A stretch of DNA of 64,000 bases from positions 1 through 64,000 of IMG/VR virus record IMGVR_UViG_3300021197_001743. One strand, given 5' to 3'. The DNA is from a virus. Below the pieces are notes generated by a model that was not told the origin of the DNA, did no database searches, and worked only from the letters and a program-made list of their open reading frames with translations. The translations under genes and the position numbers were made by a program. Positions 30,106 through 40,020 of the stretch are shown piece by piece (within the stretch, counting starts at the first letter, position 1; each line of letters opens with the position of its first letter).

Positions 30106-32087
30106 TGTCTAAAATAAAAATAGCAGAAGTTAACTCTGATGGCTTACGTCAAGAATTAGGAAGAGATTTGACCATCGTATCTAAAGGCAATGTTTCAAAC
30201 ATAGAGCCTTCAGCCAATGCAAGATTAAAAATGTCTGTTGTATCGAAAGATTTGTCAACCGAAGGTCCCCTGTTCCAAGAAGTCTCAACAATTAGGCTTG
30301 ACCCTCTTACTACGGATACAGACTTCCGCAGGATTATTAGAAACAGCGTAAAGACAGGTACCTCATATTTGGATCATTATATTTCGTTACCAAAGCTTGA
30401 TGCTCCGACAGTGGAGACTAAAACTGAGACAAGCAAAGTGGTTGCTTTACAAGATTTTGAAACATTTTTTAATTATATAAGCGACCCATATGAAGAAACA
30501 ATACCAGCTATTGATGAACTATCGCTCCTACCGGCTTCATCGAAGCCAAGAAAAAATCAATTCACTGATTTCCAAAATAAAAATGCACCAGTTCCGTTCA
30601 AATTTGTCGGTGTTGAGCCCTTAAAGAATATGGTAGTACCTGAGGATTCTGAAATCAACTCTTCTTTCAATTTGAATAACTTCCCGTATTATAATAAGAT
30701 TAGATTAACTACTAAAGTCAATGGTGCTTTCATAGAATTTGTAAAGAAAATAAACATATTTGACGATCTCTTGAAAGGGTACTTAGGAACTACTAAACCG
30801 CTCGGTACATTTAATATTCAGGACGGAACAGTGGTTAATGAAAATGTTGGCGTTGAAATTTTTGATTTATTGGATTGGTCTATCTCCCAAGACACGTCGA
30901 CTTTTGAAGACTATTTCCCTTTGGATCCAAATGCTGGCGAAGAATCTAAAATGATCAGGGATTATAAAAAAATTCTACTAGCGGGATACATCAGAAAGAT
31001 ATCCAATGGAGCTTTCCGATCATATGACAACGTGATCAATGGAAACGAAGCCCATCGCGAAGATTTTGTTTATTCTTTCAACAAGTACAAGCAAGAACCG
31101 ATCGAGCCAAGGATACAAACATTCTTTCTTCCATCGAAGGACATTACGGTTTTAAACGACACTCAGATAAAGTATGACCAGCAATACATATATGATTGTG
31201 CATCTCACTTCGTTGTTGTCGGAAACAGATATCGATATGAAAACTTACGCTTCCATAGTGAAGATGGTCAAGAATTCGCAACCGTACAGGTTATTAATGA
31301 GCCCACAGTAGTTTTAATTCCCGTATCGATGTTCCAAAGAAGAACAACCATCTCTCAGCCTCCGCCAATGGTTCCTCAGATTAAATTTATAACTGAGAAC
31401 AATTCTTCCAATTCTCTTGACGTGTATTTATCAAGTACGAAAGGCGAGATTGAAGAGCGATTTCAGCCTTTATTTGAAGAGGACCAAAAGCAATTAATCG
31501 ATCTAAAGTTGTCTTCTCCGCTAGACACTGTTGTCTTTAAGGATTCCGACAGTTCGGGGCTATATCAAATCTATAAGTCTAGAATTGCCCCTCGTAATTA
31601 TAGAGACTTCAGTCTAAAAACAGAAGTAAGAATGCCATTCGAGACACCAGATGCAATCTTTAAAGACAAAGTCGTTGCTAATGAAAAAATGTATTATATG
31701 TTCAGAAAAGTAAACGCAAAAGGTCTTGTATCAAACCCAACACCTATTTATGAAGTAGAATTGGTAAAAGATGCAGACGACTCAAAAGTTGTTGTTAATC
31801 CTTATACCTTTCCCGAAGAGGTGTTGAAACAGAATATTAGAAAATTTAAAAATTTATTTCAAATCACACCAGCAATTGAACAAGCGATTTTCGATAACTC
31901 TCAGCCCTTCTTGACAGATCTAGAGACCCTCAAGGGCACCATTGACAATATTACCTTGGGTGTTGCAGAAAAATCGGTGTGGGGAAGAAAGTTTAAATTT
32001 AGATTCAAATCAACATTAACTGGGAAAATTATTGATTATAATATCACATTTACCTTAACAAAAAACAAAACAAACGAAGATTTTTGA
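30105..32087 (+). CDS. hypothetical structural-module protein
   Basis: 660-aa ORF, TGATG coupling, beta-rich C-terminus. Confidence 0.55.
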   Translation: MSKIKIAEVNSDGLRQELGRDLTIVSKGNVSNIEPSANARLKMSVVSKDLSTEGPLFQEVSTIRLDPLTTDTDFRRIIRNSVKTGTSYLDHYISLPKLDAPTVETKTETSKVVALQDFETFFNYISDPYEETIPAIDELSLLPASSKPRKNQFTDFQNKNAPVPFKFVGVEPLKNMVVPEDSEINSSFNLNNFPYYNKIRLTTKVNGAFIEFVKKINIFDDLLKGYLGTTKPLGTFNIQDGTVVNENVGVEIFDLLDWSISQDTSTFEDYFPLDPNAGEESKMIRDYKKILLAGYIRKISNGAFRSYDNVINGNEAHREDFVYSFNKYKQEPIEPRIQTFFLPSKDITVLNDTQIKYDQQYIYDCASHFVVVGNRYRYENLRFHSEDGQEFATVQVINEPTVVLIPVSMFQRRTTISQPPPMVPQIKFITENNSSNSLDVYLSSTKGEIEERFQPLFEEDQKQLIDLKLSSPLDTVVFKDSDSSGLYQIYKSRIAPRNYRDFSLKTEVRMPFETPDAIFKDKVVANEKMYYMFRKVNAKGLVSNPTPIYEVELVKDADDSKVVVNPYTFPEEVLKQNIRKFKNLFQITPAIEQAIFDNSQPFLTDLETLKGTIDNITLGVAEKSVWGRKFKFRFKSTLTGKIIDYNITFTLTKNKTNEDF

Positions 32088-32094
32088 TTAAATT

Positions 32095-32102
32095 CTATTT
32101 AC
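32095..32102 (+). promoter_or_regulatory. candidate late promoter CTATTTAC
   Basis: Intergenic, followed by AGGAG RBS and ATG 32128. Confidence 0.5.
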
Positions 32103-32127
32103 TATGAAAATGATTAGGAGATAACAT

Positions 32128-33072
32128 ATGGGCTTTTTAGACAACAGCGGGGACATTATCCTAGACGCTGTACTCACAGACCACGGAAGAAAACAATTGG
32201 CAAAAGGTGATGGATCATTCCAGATAACTAAGTTTGCCCTTGGTGACGAAGAGATAGACTATTCTCTTTACAACAAGACACATCCCAGCGGAAGTGCATA
32301 TTATGATTTGGAAATATTACAGACTCCTATTCTAGAAGCATTCACCGATAATGCAGCGTCGATGAAGACACAACTTCAGACATATACTAATTTAGAATTG
32401 TTGTTTCTGCCGGTTCTTCGTTTGAATGAAACCGATCCAAAGAATGCTCGAGCATCTGCTGGAACATTTTATGTTGCTGTCAATCGCGAGACGGAAGATA
32501 ATGACGGAAGCTCTGCAACAACAACTGGTGTTGCAAGAAGTGACGATGGTCAAGAAGTTCAAGGTTTCATGTTTGGTGAATCTTTGGTAGGATCGTTGGT
32601 TGCAATAGATCAAGGGCTTGATACGACAGAGATATCTCCAAAAAGAAAATTGGACGCTAGTTTAGTAGAGACAAGCTATACAGTTCAAATTGATGATCGC
32701 TTAGGTAAATTAGTCGACTCAACAGGAACTCTAGCAACTGCTGATTATACTGATGATGATCATATCGCATATTATACTTTAGACCTAGGGGATACGTTTG
32801 TTAAATCTATAACAGATGATACCAATAGTCCGTCTCAAGTAATTCAAGGTCCTCGAGGAACTTCTATACGCTTCAGAATTCAAGCATCAATGGATCTTAA
32901 CACAAGCTCCTTCCTGTTCACTCAGTTGGGCTCAACAACAACTCTGCCAAATAGAACTCCCGGTGGAGCAGGCACATCACCAGTTTACTATATCGACACT
33001 AACGTTAGAGTCACCGGTATTAAAACTGGGACACTAATTGACGTACCAGTAAGATACGTAAGATTACAATAG
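32128..33072 (+). CDS. Baseplate wedge/tail-collar-like structural protein
   Basis: DAVLTDHGRKQLAKG..FQITKFALGDEEIDY motif. Confidence 0.6.
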   Translation: MGFLDNSGDIILDAVLTDHGRKQLAKGDGSFQITKFALGDEEIDYSLYNKTHPSGSAYYDLEILQTPILEAFTDNAASMKTQLQTYTNLELLFLPVLRLNETDPKNARASAGTFYVAVNRETEDNDGSSATTTGVARSDDGQEVQGFMFGESLVGSLVAIDQGLDTTEISPKRKLDASLVETSYTVQIDDRLGKLVDSTGTLATADYTDDDHIAYYTLDLGDTFVKSITDDTNSPSQVIQGPRGTSIRFRIQASMDLNTSSFLFTQLGSTTTLPNRTPGGAGTSPVYYIDTNVRVTGIKTGTLIDVPVRYVRLQ

Positions 33073-33082
33073 GAAATTAAAC

Positions 33083-34192
33083 ATGACATTCAAACCATTA
33101 AACGAAAATGATGTAGTTGCAACAAGAACTCTCTTGCATGAGGCTATTCCCCTGACAGGAACAATAGTTTCCGGAACTTACGGTACATTCCCAGATGATG
33201 ATAATATCAAGAACTATTCTCATGGCATGTTCCAGAGTGTATATGATTATCCCTATCTAAGTTCTTCTGCGAACCATATTTTCGACATAACAGTCGGAAT
33301 TGGCACAAATTCTCAGCTTTATCCCTTGATTACTACTGCCGCCGGTCAACAATCTAAAAAGAAGAACATCTACAATCAAATGTCCCAAATACTAATGGGG
33401 TACGACGCCACTGGCTCTATATTGCCGTTTGACGAAGATGGCGACATCATCGGTGGTGGAAACAAAATTAATGACGCAATCATTGTTCCATTCTCTCGAC
33501 TACTTGTTAAGGATGAGATCAAGAAAGAAACTTTCTCCCTGACTTTGGGAGTATCAGCTTCTTATGCAGCACCAATGGGGAATACAATTACGATTGCCGA
33601 TGTTGGAGCATCAACAGAGTATCGTGTTAATTCACCTGCTGGAGAGTATGGAATCCTTTATGCAACAGGGTCCGGGGAACTTAGCACAGCTAGTACTCAC
33701 ACAGCATCAATCGCAGGCACCACCTACTGGTATGCTGGATTGTTGTTTTATCAAGCTGGTATTATGGTTCTGACCGCTTCTATGTTCGGAGATCAATTGG
33801 ACGATGCCGGAATCGGCGGAGGCCCATTGCAATACAATCCTGCCCTCGAAGATATCGTTGCAGTTCTAACAGGATCGCAAATATCATCATCAGCGGATTA
33901 CCTCCGACACAGAATACAAAATCTTCAGTTCAACAACACTACGGAACTCAACTCAACAGTTTACTTCTGTCGTGCGAACCACAATGAATTCAATTATTCT
34001 TCCAACCCAACATACGTTAGTGGATCTAAGGTGCGAGTAAAGACACAAGCAACAGACAATCCAGTAGCTTATATCACAACGGTTGGTCTCTATAATGATA
34101 ATAATGAATTGATGGCAACAGCTAAGTTATCCGAGCCATTGAAAAAATCTCCAGCCACGGAATTTACAATCAGAACTCGTTTGGATTACTAG
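33083..34192 (+). CDS. Virion structural protein
   Basis: C-terminal NYSSNPT...YITTVGLYNDNNELMATAKLSEPLKK; paralog of 34199. Confidence 0.6.
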   Translation: MTFKPLNENDVVATRTLLHEAIPLTGTIVSGTYGTFPDDDNIKNYSHGMFQSVYDYPYLSSSANHIFDITVGIGTNSQLYPLITTAAGQQSKKKNIYNQMSQILMGYDATGSILPFDEDGDIIGGGNKINDAIIVPFSRLLVKDEIKKETFSLTLGVSASYAAPMGNTITIADVGASTEYRVNSPAGEYGILYATGSGELSTASTHTASIAGTTYWYAGLLFYQAGIMVLTASMFGDQLDDAGIGGGPLQYNPALEDIVAVLTGSQISSSADYLRHRIQNLQFNNTTELNSTVYFCRANHNEFNYSSNPTYVSGSKVRVKTQATDNPVAYITTVGLYNDNNELMATAKLSEPLKKSPATEFTIRTRLDY

Positions 34193-34198
34193 GATGCT

Positions 34199-35374
34199 AT
34201 GTCATATTACAAATTTAAGCCGAACGATTTATTCGTCAATACAATAGAAGCATACCCAGATGTAAAATTTTACATTCAAAGCGGTTCTATATATATAAAT
34301 GATGAAGCATACATATCGGGAAGCTATTCAGATAATATAATCGGCGTCCCTCGCAATTATATCTCTCTGTACGAATACAACATAAACCGATCAGATGATC
34401 AAAGAATATACCCTTATGTTGTTAAGGATGGGCTCAAGACAACGTTCAAGAGTGTTTCCAAGAATGATTGGAATACTCAATTCAATTATGACGGAAATCA
34501 AATTACTTCAAGTTATAATTTGTCCTCGAGCATAACGCGCTACTATATCACATCCAGCCAAGTTACGGCAACGCCTTTAGCAACATCAAGTGCGAGGTTG
34601 GATTCTTTCTATCTTCGTTCATTGAAGAATGTTGTTAATCATTATAAGTATATGTCTCCGCATTATGACTTCGATACGTATTACTCCGGTGATGTGAATT
34701 TGATTTCTGTTCCATCAATATTTTATGGATCTTCAATACGAAAAGGGTCCGTTAATCTTAAATATTATATTTCCGGAACTCTCGCTGCTCAAGCTTCTGA
34801 TACTCGATACAATGGAGAATTGGTTCAAGTATCTGGTTCAACAACCGGCGCCATCGTCGGAACCATCTTGTATAATGAAGGGATTATTCTGCTCACTTCC
34901 TCAGCTGAGATTGATGCCACGACAATAGATTATGATTCTGCAACAACATCTTCATGGCAACGTTTTGGATTTGGAGCAAATGATGGAGGCACAATTGGAA
35001 CAACAACCTTATCTGCATCATTTGCCTTAGAATTCCAAGGCTTAAACCACGTTCAGACGCTCACAATGATGGCTAAAGCACCATATGCTGAACTTAATCA
35101 CTCTAACAACCCTACCTATCTAGATAACTCCGCGGAGAGCCTTAGACTGGTCTCCAGTGGCTCGTATCAGTATGTTGAGAGTAAACGCGTGATAAAAAAT
35201 ATGGTTTCCGCAAGCTATTCAGATATCGCACCTCCTCTAAACAAAGAAACTTATATTTCTAAGATCGCTCTTTATGATAAGGATAAGAATCTTATTGGCT
35301 TCGCTAAACTAGCCACCCCTATTCGAAAGACAGAAGATCGAGAATTTATTTTCAAATTAAAGCTTGACATCTAG
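34199..35374 (+). CDS. Virion structural protein
   Basis: C-terminal NHSNNPT...YISKIALYDKDKNLIGFAKLATPIRK; paralog of 33083. Confidence 0.6.
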   Translation: MSYYKFKPNDLFVNTIEAYPDVKFYIQSGSIYINDEAYISGSYSDNIIGVPRNYISLYEYNINRSDDQRIYPYVVKDGLKTTFKSVSKNDWNTQFNYDGNQITSSYNLSSSITRYYITSSQVTATPLATSSARLDSFYLRSLKNVVNHYKYMSPHYDFDTYYSGDVNLISVPSIFYGSSIRKGSVNLKYYISGTLAAQASDTRYNGELVQVSGSTTGAIVGTILYNEGIILLTSSAEIDATTIDYDSATTSSWQRFGFGANDGGTIGTTTLSASFALEFQGLNHVQTLTMMAKAPYAELNHSNNPTYLDNSAESLRLVSSGSYQYVESKRVIKNMVSASYSDIAPPLNKETYISKIALYDKDKNLIGFAKLATPIRKTEDREFIFKLKLDI

Positions 35375-35392
35375 TTCAAAACGTGCTATAAT
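35364..35392 (+). promoter_or_regulatory. sigma70-type promoter
   Basis: TTGACA-17-TATAAT with TG extension, overlapping the end of the upstream gene. Confidence 0.8.
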
Positions 35393-35398
35393 ATAATT

Positions 35399-35902
35399 AT
35401 GATACTCGGAATAGATGTAAGTACCTCCAAAATTGGATATTGTGTTATTGACGACCAACAGAATCTCGTTGAGGTCAATTTCAAGAAACTCAAAGAAGAC
35501 ACCTTGGAGGACAAAGCATATGAATTCTTTCACAAAGAACTTACTAGGGTCAAGAAGACTTATAAGATAACACATGTACGCATAGAAGAGCCTTTCTCGA
35601 TGTTCTCTGGTGGCAAAACGACCGCTGGTACCATGAGTAAGCTGCAACGCTTTAACGGGATGATTTCGGTCCTCTCATACATATGTTTTGACATCGTACC
35701 AACTCTTGTTCCGTCAAGATCAGCTAGATCAAAGTGCGGAATCAAAATCAAAAGAGGCGAGAACACAAAGAAAAAAGTTATCGACTGGGTTCAACAAAGG
35801 TACCCAAAAGATTTTAAGTTTGAACTAACTCGCCACGGAAACCCCAAACCCGGTACAGATGACATGGCCGACTCAATTGTCGTTGCTTTATCTCACTTTT
35901 AA
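35399..35902 (+). CDS. RuvC-like Holliday junction resolvase
   Basis: MILGIDVSTSKIG, RIEEP and DDMADSIVVA acidic catalytic pattern. Confidence 0.8.
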   Translation: MILGIDVSTSKIGYCVIDDQQNLVEVNFKKLKEDTLEDKAYEFFHKELTRVKKTYKITHVRIEEPFSMFSGGKTTAGTMSKLQRFNGMISVLSYICFDIVPTLVPSRSARSKCGIKIKRGENTKKKVIDWVQQRYPKDFKFELTRHGNPKPGTDDMADSIVVALSHF

Positions 35903-35903
35903 T

Positions 35904-35932
35904 TTGACAAACTAAACTCAACACGCTATATT
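35904..35932 (+). promoter_or_regulatory. sigma70-type promoter
   Basis: TTGACA-17-TATATT; GGAGGACA RBS follows. Confidence 0.7.
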
Positions 35933-35952
35933 ATCATGAACTAGGAGGACAC

Positions 35953-36498
35953 ATGGACATGATTACTGTACTTATACCCGGCGGTTTTAAGCCACCCCAC
36001 GTCGGGCACTACAAATTCTTTATGTATTACATAAACAACCCAGAAGTTTCTGAGGTTAGAATTTTCTGTGGAGAACGTCAGCGAAAAGTTGGCGATGACT
36101 TTGCAGTCTCTATAGAGCAAGCAGAAGCCGTTCTAAGGCTTTACGGCATCTTGGATAACCCAAAGGTCATCTATCAACGCGCTAGCGTCAGAAAGGGCAA
36201 AAACGGCCACTACACAAACCCTTTTAGTGATGTGTATGACTGGGCTGAGGAAAATTACGACAAAACGGAAAATCAAATCTCTCTTGGTATGTCGTCAAAA
36301 GATACAGGATACCAAGCGGGCTTCTTGGGTTACTTTAAAACCTTCGCGAACATCGTCGAGATCCAACATTCCTACGAACAGGAAGAATTTATCTCGGCAA
36401 CAGAGTTCAGAGAGGCCCTAGCAGCAGGGAAGCCCATTGATAAATTCATACCAGATCACGTTTCAGCAGAGGAAATAAAGAAAATTTTTACTAATTAA
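35953..36498 (+). CDS. Cytidylyltransferase-like (HxGH) nucleotidyltransferase
   Basis: PGGFKPPHVGH and ISATEFR motifs. Confidence 0.8.
   Translation: MDMITVLIPGGFKPPHVGHYKFFMYYINNPEVSEVRIFCGERQRKVGDDFAVSIEQAEAVLRLYGILDNPKVIYQRASVRKGKNGHYTNPFSDVYDWAEENYDKTENQISLGMSSKDTGYQAGFLGYFKTFANIVEIQHSYEQEEFISATEFREALAAGKPIDKFIPDHVSAEEIKKIFTN
36491..36498 (+). promoter_or_regulatory. candidate late promoter CTAATTAA
   Basis: Directly before the first leader-bearing gene cluster. Confidence 0.4.
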
Positions 36499-36516
36499 TA
36501 GAAGCGAGGGTCTGGT

Positions 36517-37206
36517 ATGAAATTAACAGAAGCAAAATTGAAAGCATTAATCCTAGAAGCGATGGAAGAGTCATTAAGTGACGGACAGAAGGAATTTTTA
36601 TTAGACCTTTTAAAAAGCGACGATCGCGAAACACAAACCCAAGGTGTAGAGTTGGCAACACAGTTCCTAGGGGAAAAGGAATTTTCAAATGCATTTAGAG
36701 GCCAACTGGACTTTGTGAATGGTGCTGAACTCCTTAACTGGCTCCGTCAGGGATCATCCCGAGGACCTAGGCAAGCCATGGATCGTTATATGGAAGTCCC
36801 AGATGGAATGAGTAAAGAGAAGAGGGAATTTCAATTAAGATTTCCGAATGCCGCATGGCGAGAACCAATATCAGACAAAGCCCATGAGACTTGGGTAGAT
36901 AGGGTCCAACAAATGCAGTCCAAACTAGTATCATTGGCAATGAGTGGAAACTTTGTGGAATGGGAAAAGCAATGGTTCGCTTTTAAAGATTTTTTAGGAT
37001 CTTTTTACGAAATTCATGCTCCGGGCTTTTGGCCCTCGTTAACAGACTCAGAACAAATGGGAGCAATTTATGGTCGTATACGAAGCGGAGGCACCCCTCG
37101 CCACTCAACAAAATCCTTTGGAAAAGCACAGGGAATGTTTGATCCAAGTTGGCGGCTAGCAATGCCCTTGGCCCATGAGATAGATAAAGCAAATCGAGAC
37201 CGATAA
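36517..37206 (+). CDS. Leader-family protein 1 (MKLTEAKLKALILEAMEE), putative head-internal protein
   Basis: Shared N-terminal leader; unique body. Confidence 0.6.
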   Translation: MKLTEAKLKALILEAMEESLSDGQKEFLLDLLKSDDRETQTQGVELATQFLGEKEFSNAFRGQLDFVNGAELLNWLRQGSSRGPRQAMDRYMEVPDGMSKEKREFQLRFPNAAWREPISDKAHETWVDRVQQMQSKLVSLAMSGNFVEWEKQWFAFKDFLGSFYEIHAPGFWPSLTDSEQMGAIYGRIRSGGTPRHSTKSFGKAQGMFDPSWRLAMPLAHEIDKANRDR

Positions 37207-37208
37207 TT

Positions 37209-37715
37209 ATGAAACTAACAGAAGCAAAATTGAAAGAATTAATCCTAGAAGCCTATGTGGATGATTTAAAAACTCCCACTTCTTCAAATTCAGAAGGCGT
37301 GTTAACTTTTCCAACGTTGCCGCCGGTGGACACAGTGTATCATCCGGGATCAAACCGCAAACAAGTAAAACGTTTCCTCAAACAACCAAAGCTGACATTT
37401 CGAAGAGCAATCAATAAATTAGTTGGTGAATTTAAACGTTATATGACACCCCAATCAAAAAATAGACAAGGCTGGACTTTAAGAGACCCTAACTCTGTTG
37501 ATCGTATTGATATCCGAGTCGGAGTAAACATGTTCAGGGTTCAGATAAAATATTATAAAACACATCCAACCCCCGGCGGCGGAATGGTGCTTGTTGCAAA
37601 ACCATGGTACTCGCTGAAAGACTATCAGAATATTCCGGAAGACAGACAACTAGAAGTGTTTGAGGCACATGTCCGAGCACAAATAGAAAGTTTTATAAAA
37701 ACAAATAATTGGTAA
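37209..37715 (+). CDS. Leader-family protein 2 (MKLTEAKLKELILEAY)
   Basis: Shared leader; basic unique body. Confidence 0.6.
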   Translation: MKLTEAKLKELILEAYVDDLKTPTSSNSEGVLTFPTLPPVDTVYHPGSNRKQVKRFLKQPKLTFRRAINKLVGEFKRYMTPQSKNRQGWTLRDPNSVDRIDIRVGVNMFRVQIKYYKTHPTPGGGMVLVAKPWYSLKDYQNIPEDRQLEVFEAHVRAQIESFIKTNNW

Positions 37716-37721
37716 ACAACT

Positions 37722-38651
37722 ATGAAATTAACAGAAGCAAAATTGAAAGCATTAATACTTGAGACGATGGAAGAAGCAAGATTCTCCCGCAAGGACTATT
37801 CGAGGAAAATTGACGAGGTAGGGAGAATTATAACGCATGTGCTCGATAAGATTAGTGAAAGACTTGGAGCGTCTGATGATATCCAAAGGGGTCAAACTTC
37901 TAATGAACAAACAAAGAAGGTTGAGTTCACAATAGAGAAAGACGCAGCCGAGGGAATAGGGTTCATCAAAGGACGATTGTTAACACCAGCAAGCCAAGTA
38001 GGCGCTGGGAGAACTAGCCTGCCGACGTCGGAAGTATTGGAGATTGTGGTAAGCAACATGTCTGAAGGTGAATTTGACCAGACCACATTCACTTTTGACG
38101 ACATCATTGACGATGGCGGAGCCACGCTTACTCAAAAAATAAATGAGTATGAGAACCTGCTTGGCTCAAAAGATCCTGAAGCAGCAATGTCGGAATCATA
38201 TTACGACTCAAAGAGCAGAGTATCAGATGAGGGAGACCATGACAAAATCTTGGGAATGATTCAATCTGGTAGTTGGGCTCAAGCATTTTCTTTTTTGGAA
38301 ATGGGTTTTGCACAAGAATGGCCCGAGGACGCCAAGAATGATTTAATTTGGGACATCTACGATGGACTTGAGGGCTTCCACCAAAAAAACATAAGACCAC
38401 TTGAAATACTAATTGATAGATACGACAACCAAGGTAATCCATTCATGACAAAATCCGGTAACGTCCCTACACAAAAAGAGGTCGAAGGAAAAGGCGGTCT
38501 TAGAGATAGAGTTGCGCAACTAGAAGAAGAAGAGCAAAAATTGAAACTACTCGTAGCAGATCTTTTAAAATTGCCTGAAGATTGGTGGGAAGACCACTTG
38601 AAATACGCTGATCAACTCGAAGTAATTTTTAAAAGAGCAGGGATAATTTAA
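37722..38651 (+). CDS. Leader-family protein 3 (MKLTEAKLKALILETMEE)
   Basis: Shared leader; acidic, possibly two-domain body. Confidence 0.6.
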   Translation: MKLTEAKLKALILETMEEARFSRKDYSRKIDEVGRIITHVLDKISERLGASDDIQRGQTSNEQTKKVEFTIEKDAAEGIGFIKGRLLTPASQVGAGRTSLPTSEVLEIVVSNMSEGEFDQTTFTFDDIIDDGGATLTQKINEYENLLGSKDPEAAMSESYYDSKSRVSDEGDHDKILGMIQSGSWAQAFSFLEMGFAQEWPEDAKNDLIWDIYDGLEGFHQKNIRPLEILIDRYDNQGNPFMTKSGNVPTQKEVEGKGGLRDRVAQLEEEEQKLKLLVADLLKLPEDWWEDHLKYADQLEVIFKRAGII

Positions 38652-38659
38652 CTTTTTTC

Positions 38660-38687
38660 TTGACAAATCCTCTCACCATGTTATATT
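38660..38687 (+). promoter_or_regulatory. sigma70-type promoter
   Basis: TTGACA-16-TATATT with TG extension; GAGGACA RBS. Confidence 0.7.
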
Positions 38688-38704
38688 ATAATTGAGAGGA
38701 CAAT

Positions 38705-39640
38705 ATGAATGATAAACGAAAGATAATAACCGATATACTCGGTTCCTATCGCCGTGCTGGCGATGAACACTTATTTACCTGCCCGTTTTGCAACCACCAT
38801 AAAAAGAAGATGTCGGTCAACTTTTCGATCAACTCTTTTAAATGTTGGGTTTGCGATGCTCGAGGCAAGAACATTTACCGACTTGTAAGAAAGTTTGGTA
38901 ATTACCAACAGAGACAAAAGTATCTAGAACTCCAAGGAAGACTTGATCTTTCTGAATTCGACAACTTCTTTAATGAAATGAATGGTGTAGAAGAAAAGCA
39001 GATTGTAAAACTCCCAGAAGAGTTTCACTCCTTATGCAACAAACACTTGCCATTATCATCTAAGGAGCCAATACGATATTTAAATAGCAGAGGTATATCT
39101 AGACAAGATATATTAAAATGGAAAATCGGATATAGCAAAGGAGGGAAATATGGGGGAAGAATCATCATCCCGTCGTTCAACACAGAAGGCGATTGTAATT
39201 ACTTTATTGCTCGCTCTTACACTAGGCATTCTCGTAGGTACCTTAACCCGCCTTGCGGTCGAGATATTGTCTTTAATGAGCTTAATATTGACTGGGACGA
39301 CCCTGTGATACTTGTCGAAGGAGTCTTTGATGCAATTGTAGCTGGAGATAATGCAATACCAATTTTAGGGTCAACCCTAAGAGAAGATTCAAAACTATTT
39401 CAAGCAATAGCAATCCATGACACTCCGGTGTATATTGCACTAGACCCAGATGCCGAGAAAAAAGCACAGTGGATTATTCGGTCATTGATGAAATATGACT
39501 TGGAAATTAAAAAAATAAACATTGGAACTCATGAAGACATTGGCTCAATGTCTCAAAAATCGTTTCAAGAAAAATTAAAAAATGCCGAATCTGTCGATGG
39601 TGATATGTATTGGCTTGAAAAACAACTAAAAAATATATAA
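38705..39640 (+). CDS. DNA primase (zinc finger + TOPRIM)
   Basis: CPFCNHH...CWVC zinc finger, RIIIP, LVEGVFDA, LDPDA. Confidence 0.9.
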   Translation: MNDKRKIITDILGSYRRAGDEHLFTCPFCNHHKKKMSVNFSINSFKCWVCDARGKNIYRLVRKFGNYQQRQKYLELQGRLDLSEFDNFFNEMNGVEEKQIVKLPEEFHSLCNKHLPLSSKEPIRYLNSRGISRQDILKWKIGYSKGGKYGGRIIIPSFNTEGDCNYFIARSYTRHSRRYLNPPCGRDIVFNELNIDWDDPVILVEGVFDAIVAGDNAIPILGSTLREDSKLFQAIAIHDTPVYIALDPDAEKKAQWIIRSLMKYDLEIKKINIGTHEDIGSMSQKSFQEKLKNAESVDGDMYWLEKQLKNI

Positions 39641-39647
39641 AAAATAC

Positions 39648-39675
39648 TTGACAAAATTAGTCAATGTGTTATATT
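39648..39675 (+). promoter_or_regulatory. sigma70-type promoter
   Basis: TTGACA-16-TATATT with TG extension; GGAGGACA RBS. Confidence 0.7.
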
Positions 39676-39705
39676 ATTAATATACTTTTTTAACATGGAG
39701 GACAA

Positions 39706-40020
39706 ATGTTAACATTATTATATTTATTGGCGTGCGATGATGCCGTCCAATCAGAAACGGTAGAAATACCAATCGAAGCTTACAACTGGAGTTGTTCGGA
39801 CTACACAGAACATACGGAAATTGAAATCACAGCAGGAGTTTGTAATGATTTCGAATCGTTAACAGTATCTGTTCTGCTAATCAATGGTGAAGATGCCGAG
39901 CAGGAAATGCGGCATGAAGGCGGTTGCTGGTGGACAAGTTTAATTCTCCAAGAAGAAAATTGTATAGAAATACAGGATATTATTATAATAGCAGAAGAAG
40001 GAGGCTCCAATGGGCGGTAA
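39706..40020 (+). CDS. Putative lipoprotein
   Basis: MLTLLYLLA-C lipobox-like N-terminus; four further Cys; acidic. Confidence 0.5.
   Translation: MLTLLYLLACDDAVQSETVEIPIEAYNWSCSDYTEHTEIEITAGVCNDFESLTVSVLLINGEDAEQEMRHEGGCWWTSLILQEENCIEIQDIIIIAEEGGSNGR

Larger units (their letters stand above)
36517..37772 (+). repeat. Three dispersed ~40-bp direct repeats encoding the leader (at 36517, 37209, 37722)
   Basis: ATGAAA(T/C)TAACAGAAGCAAAATTGAAAG(C/A)ATTAAT at each gene start. Confidence 0.9.
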
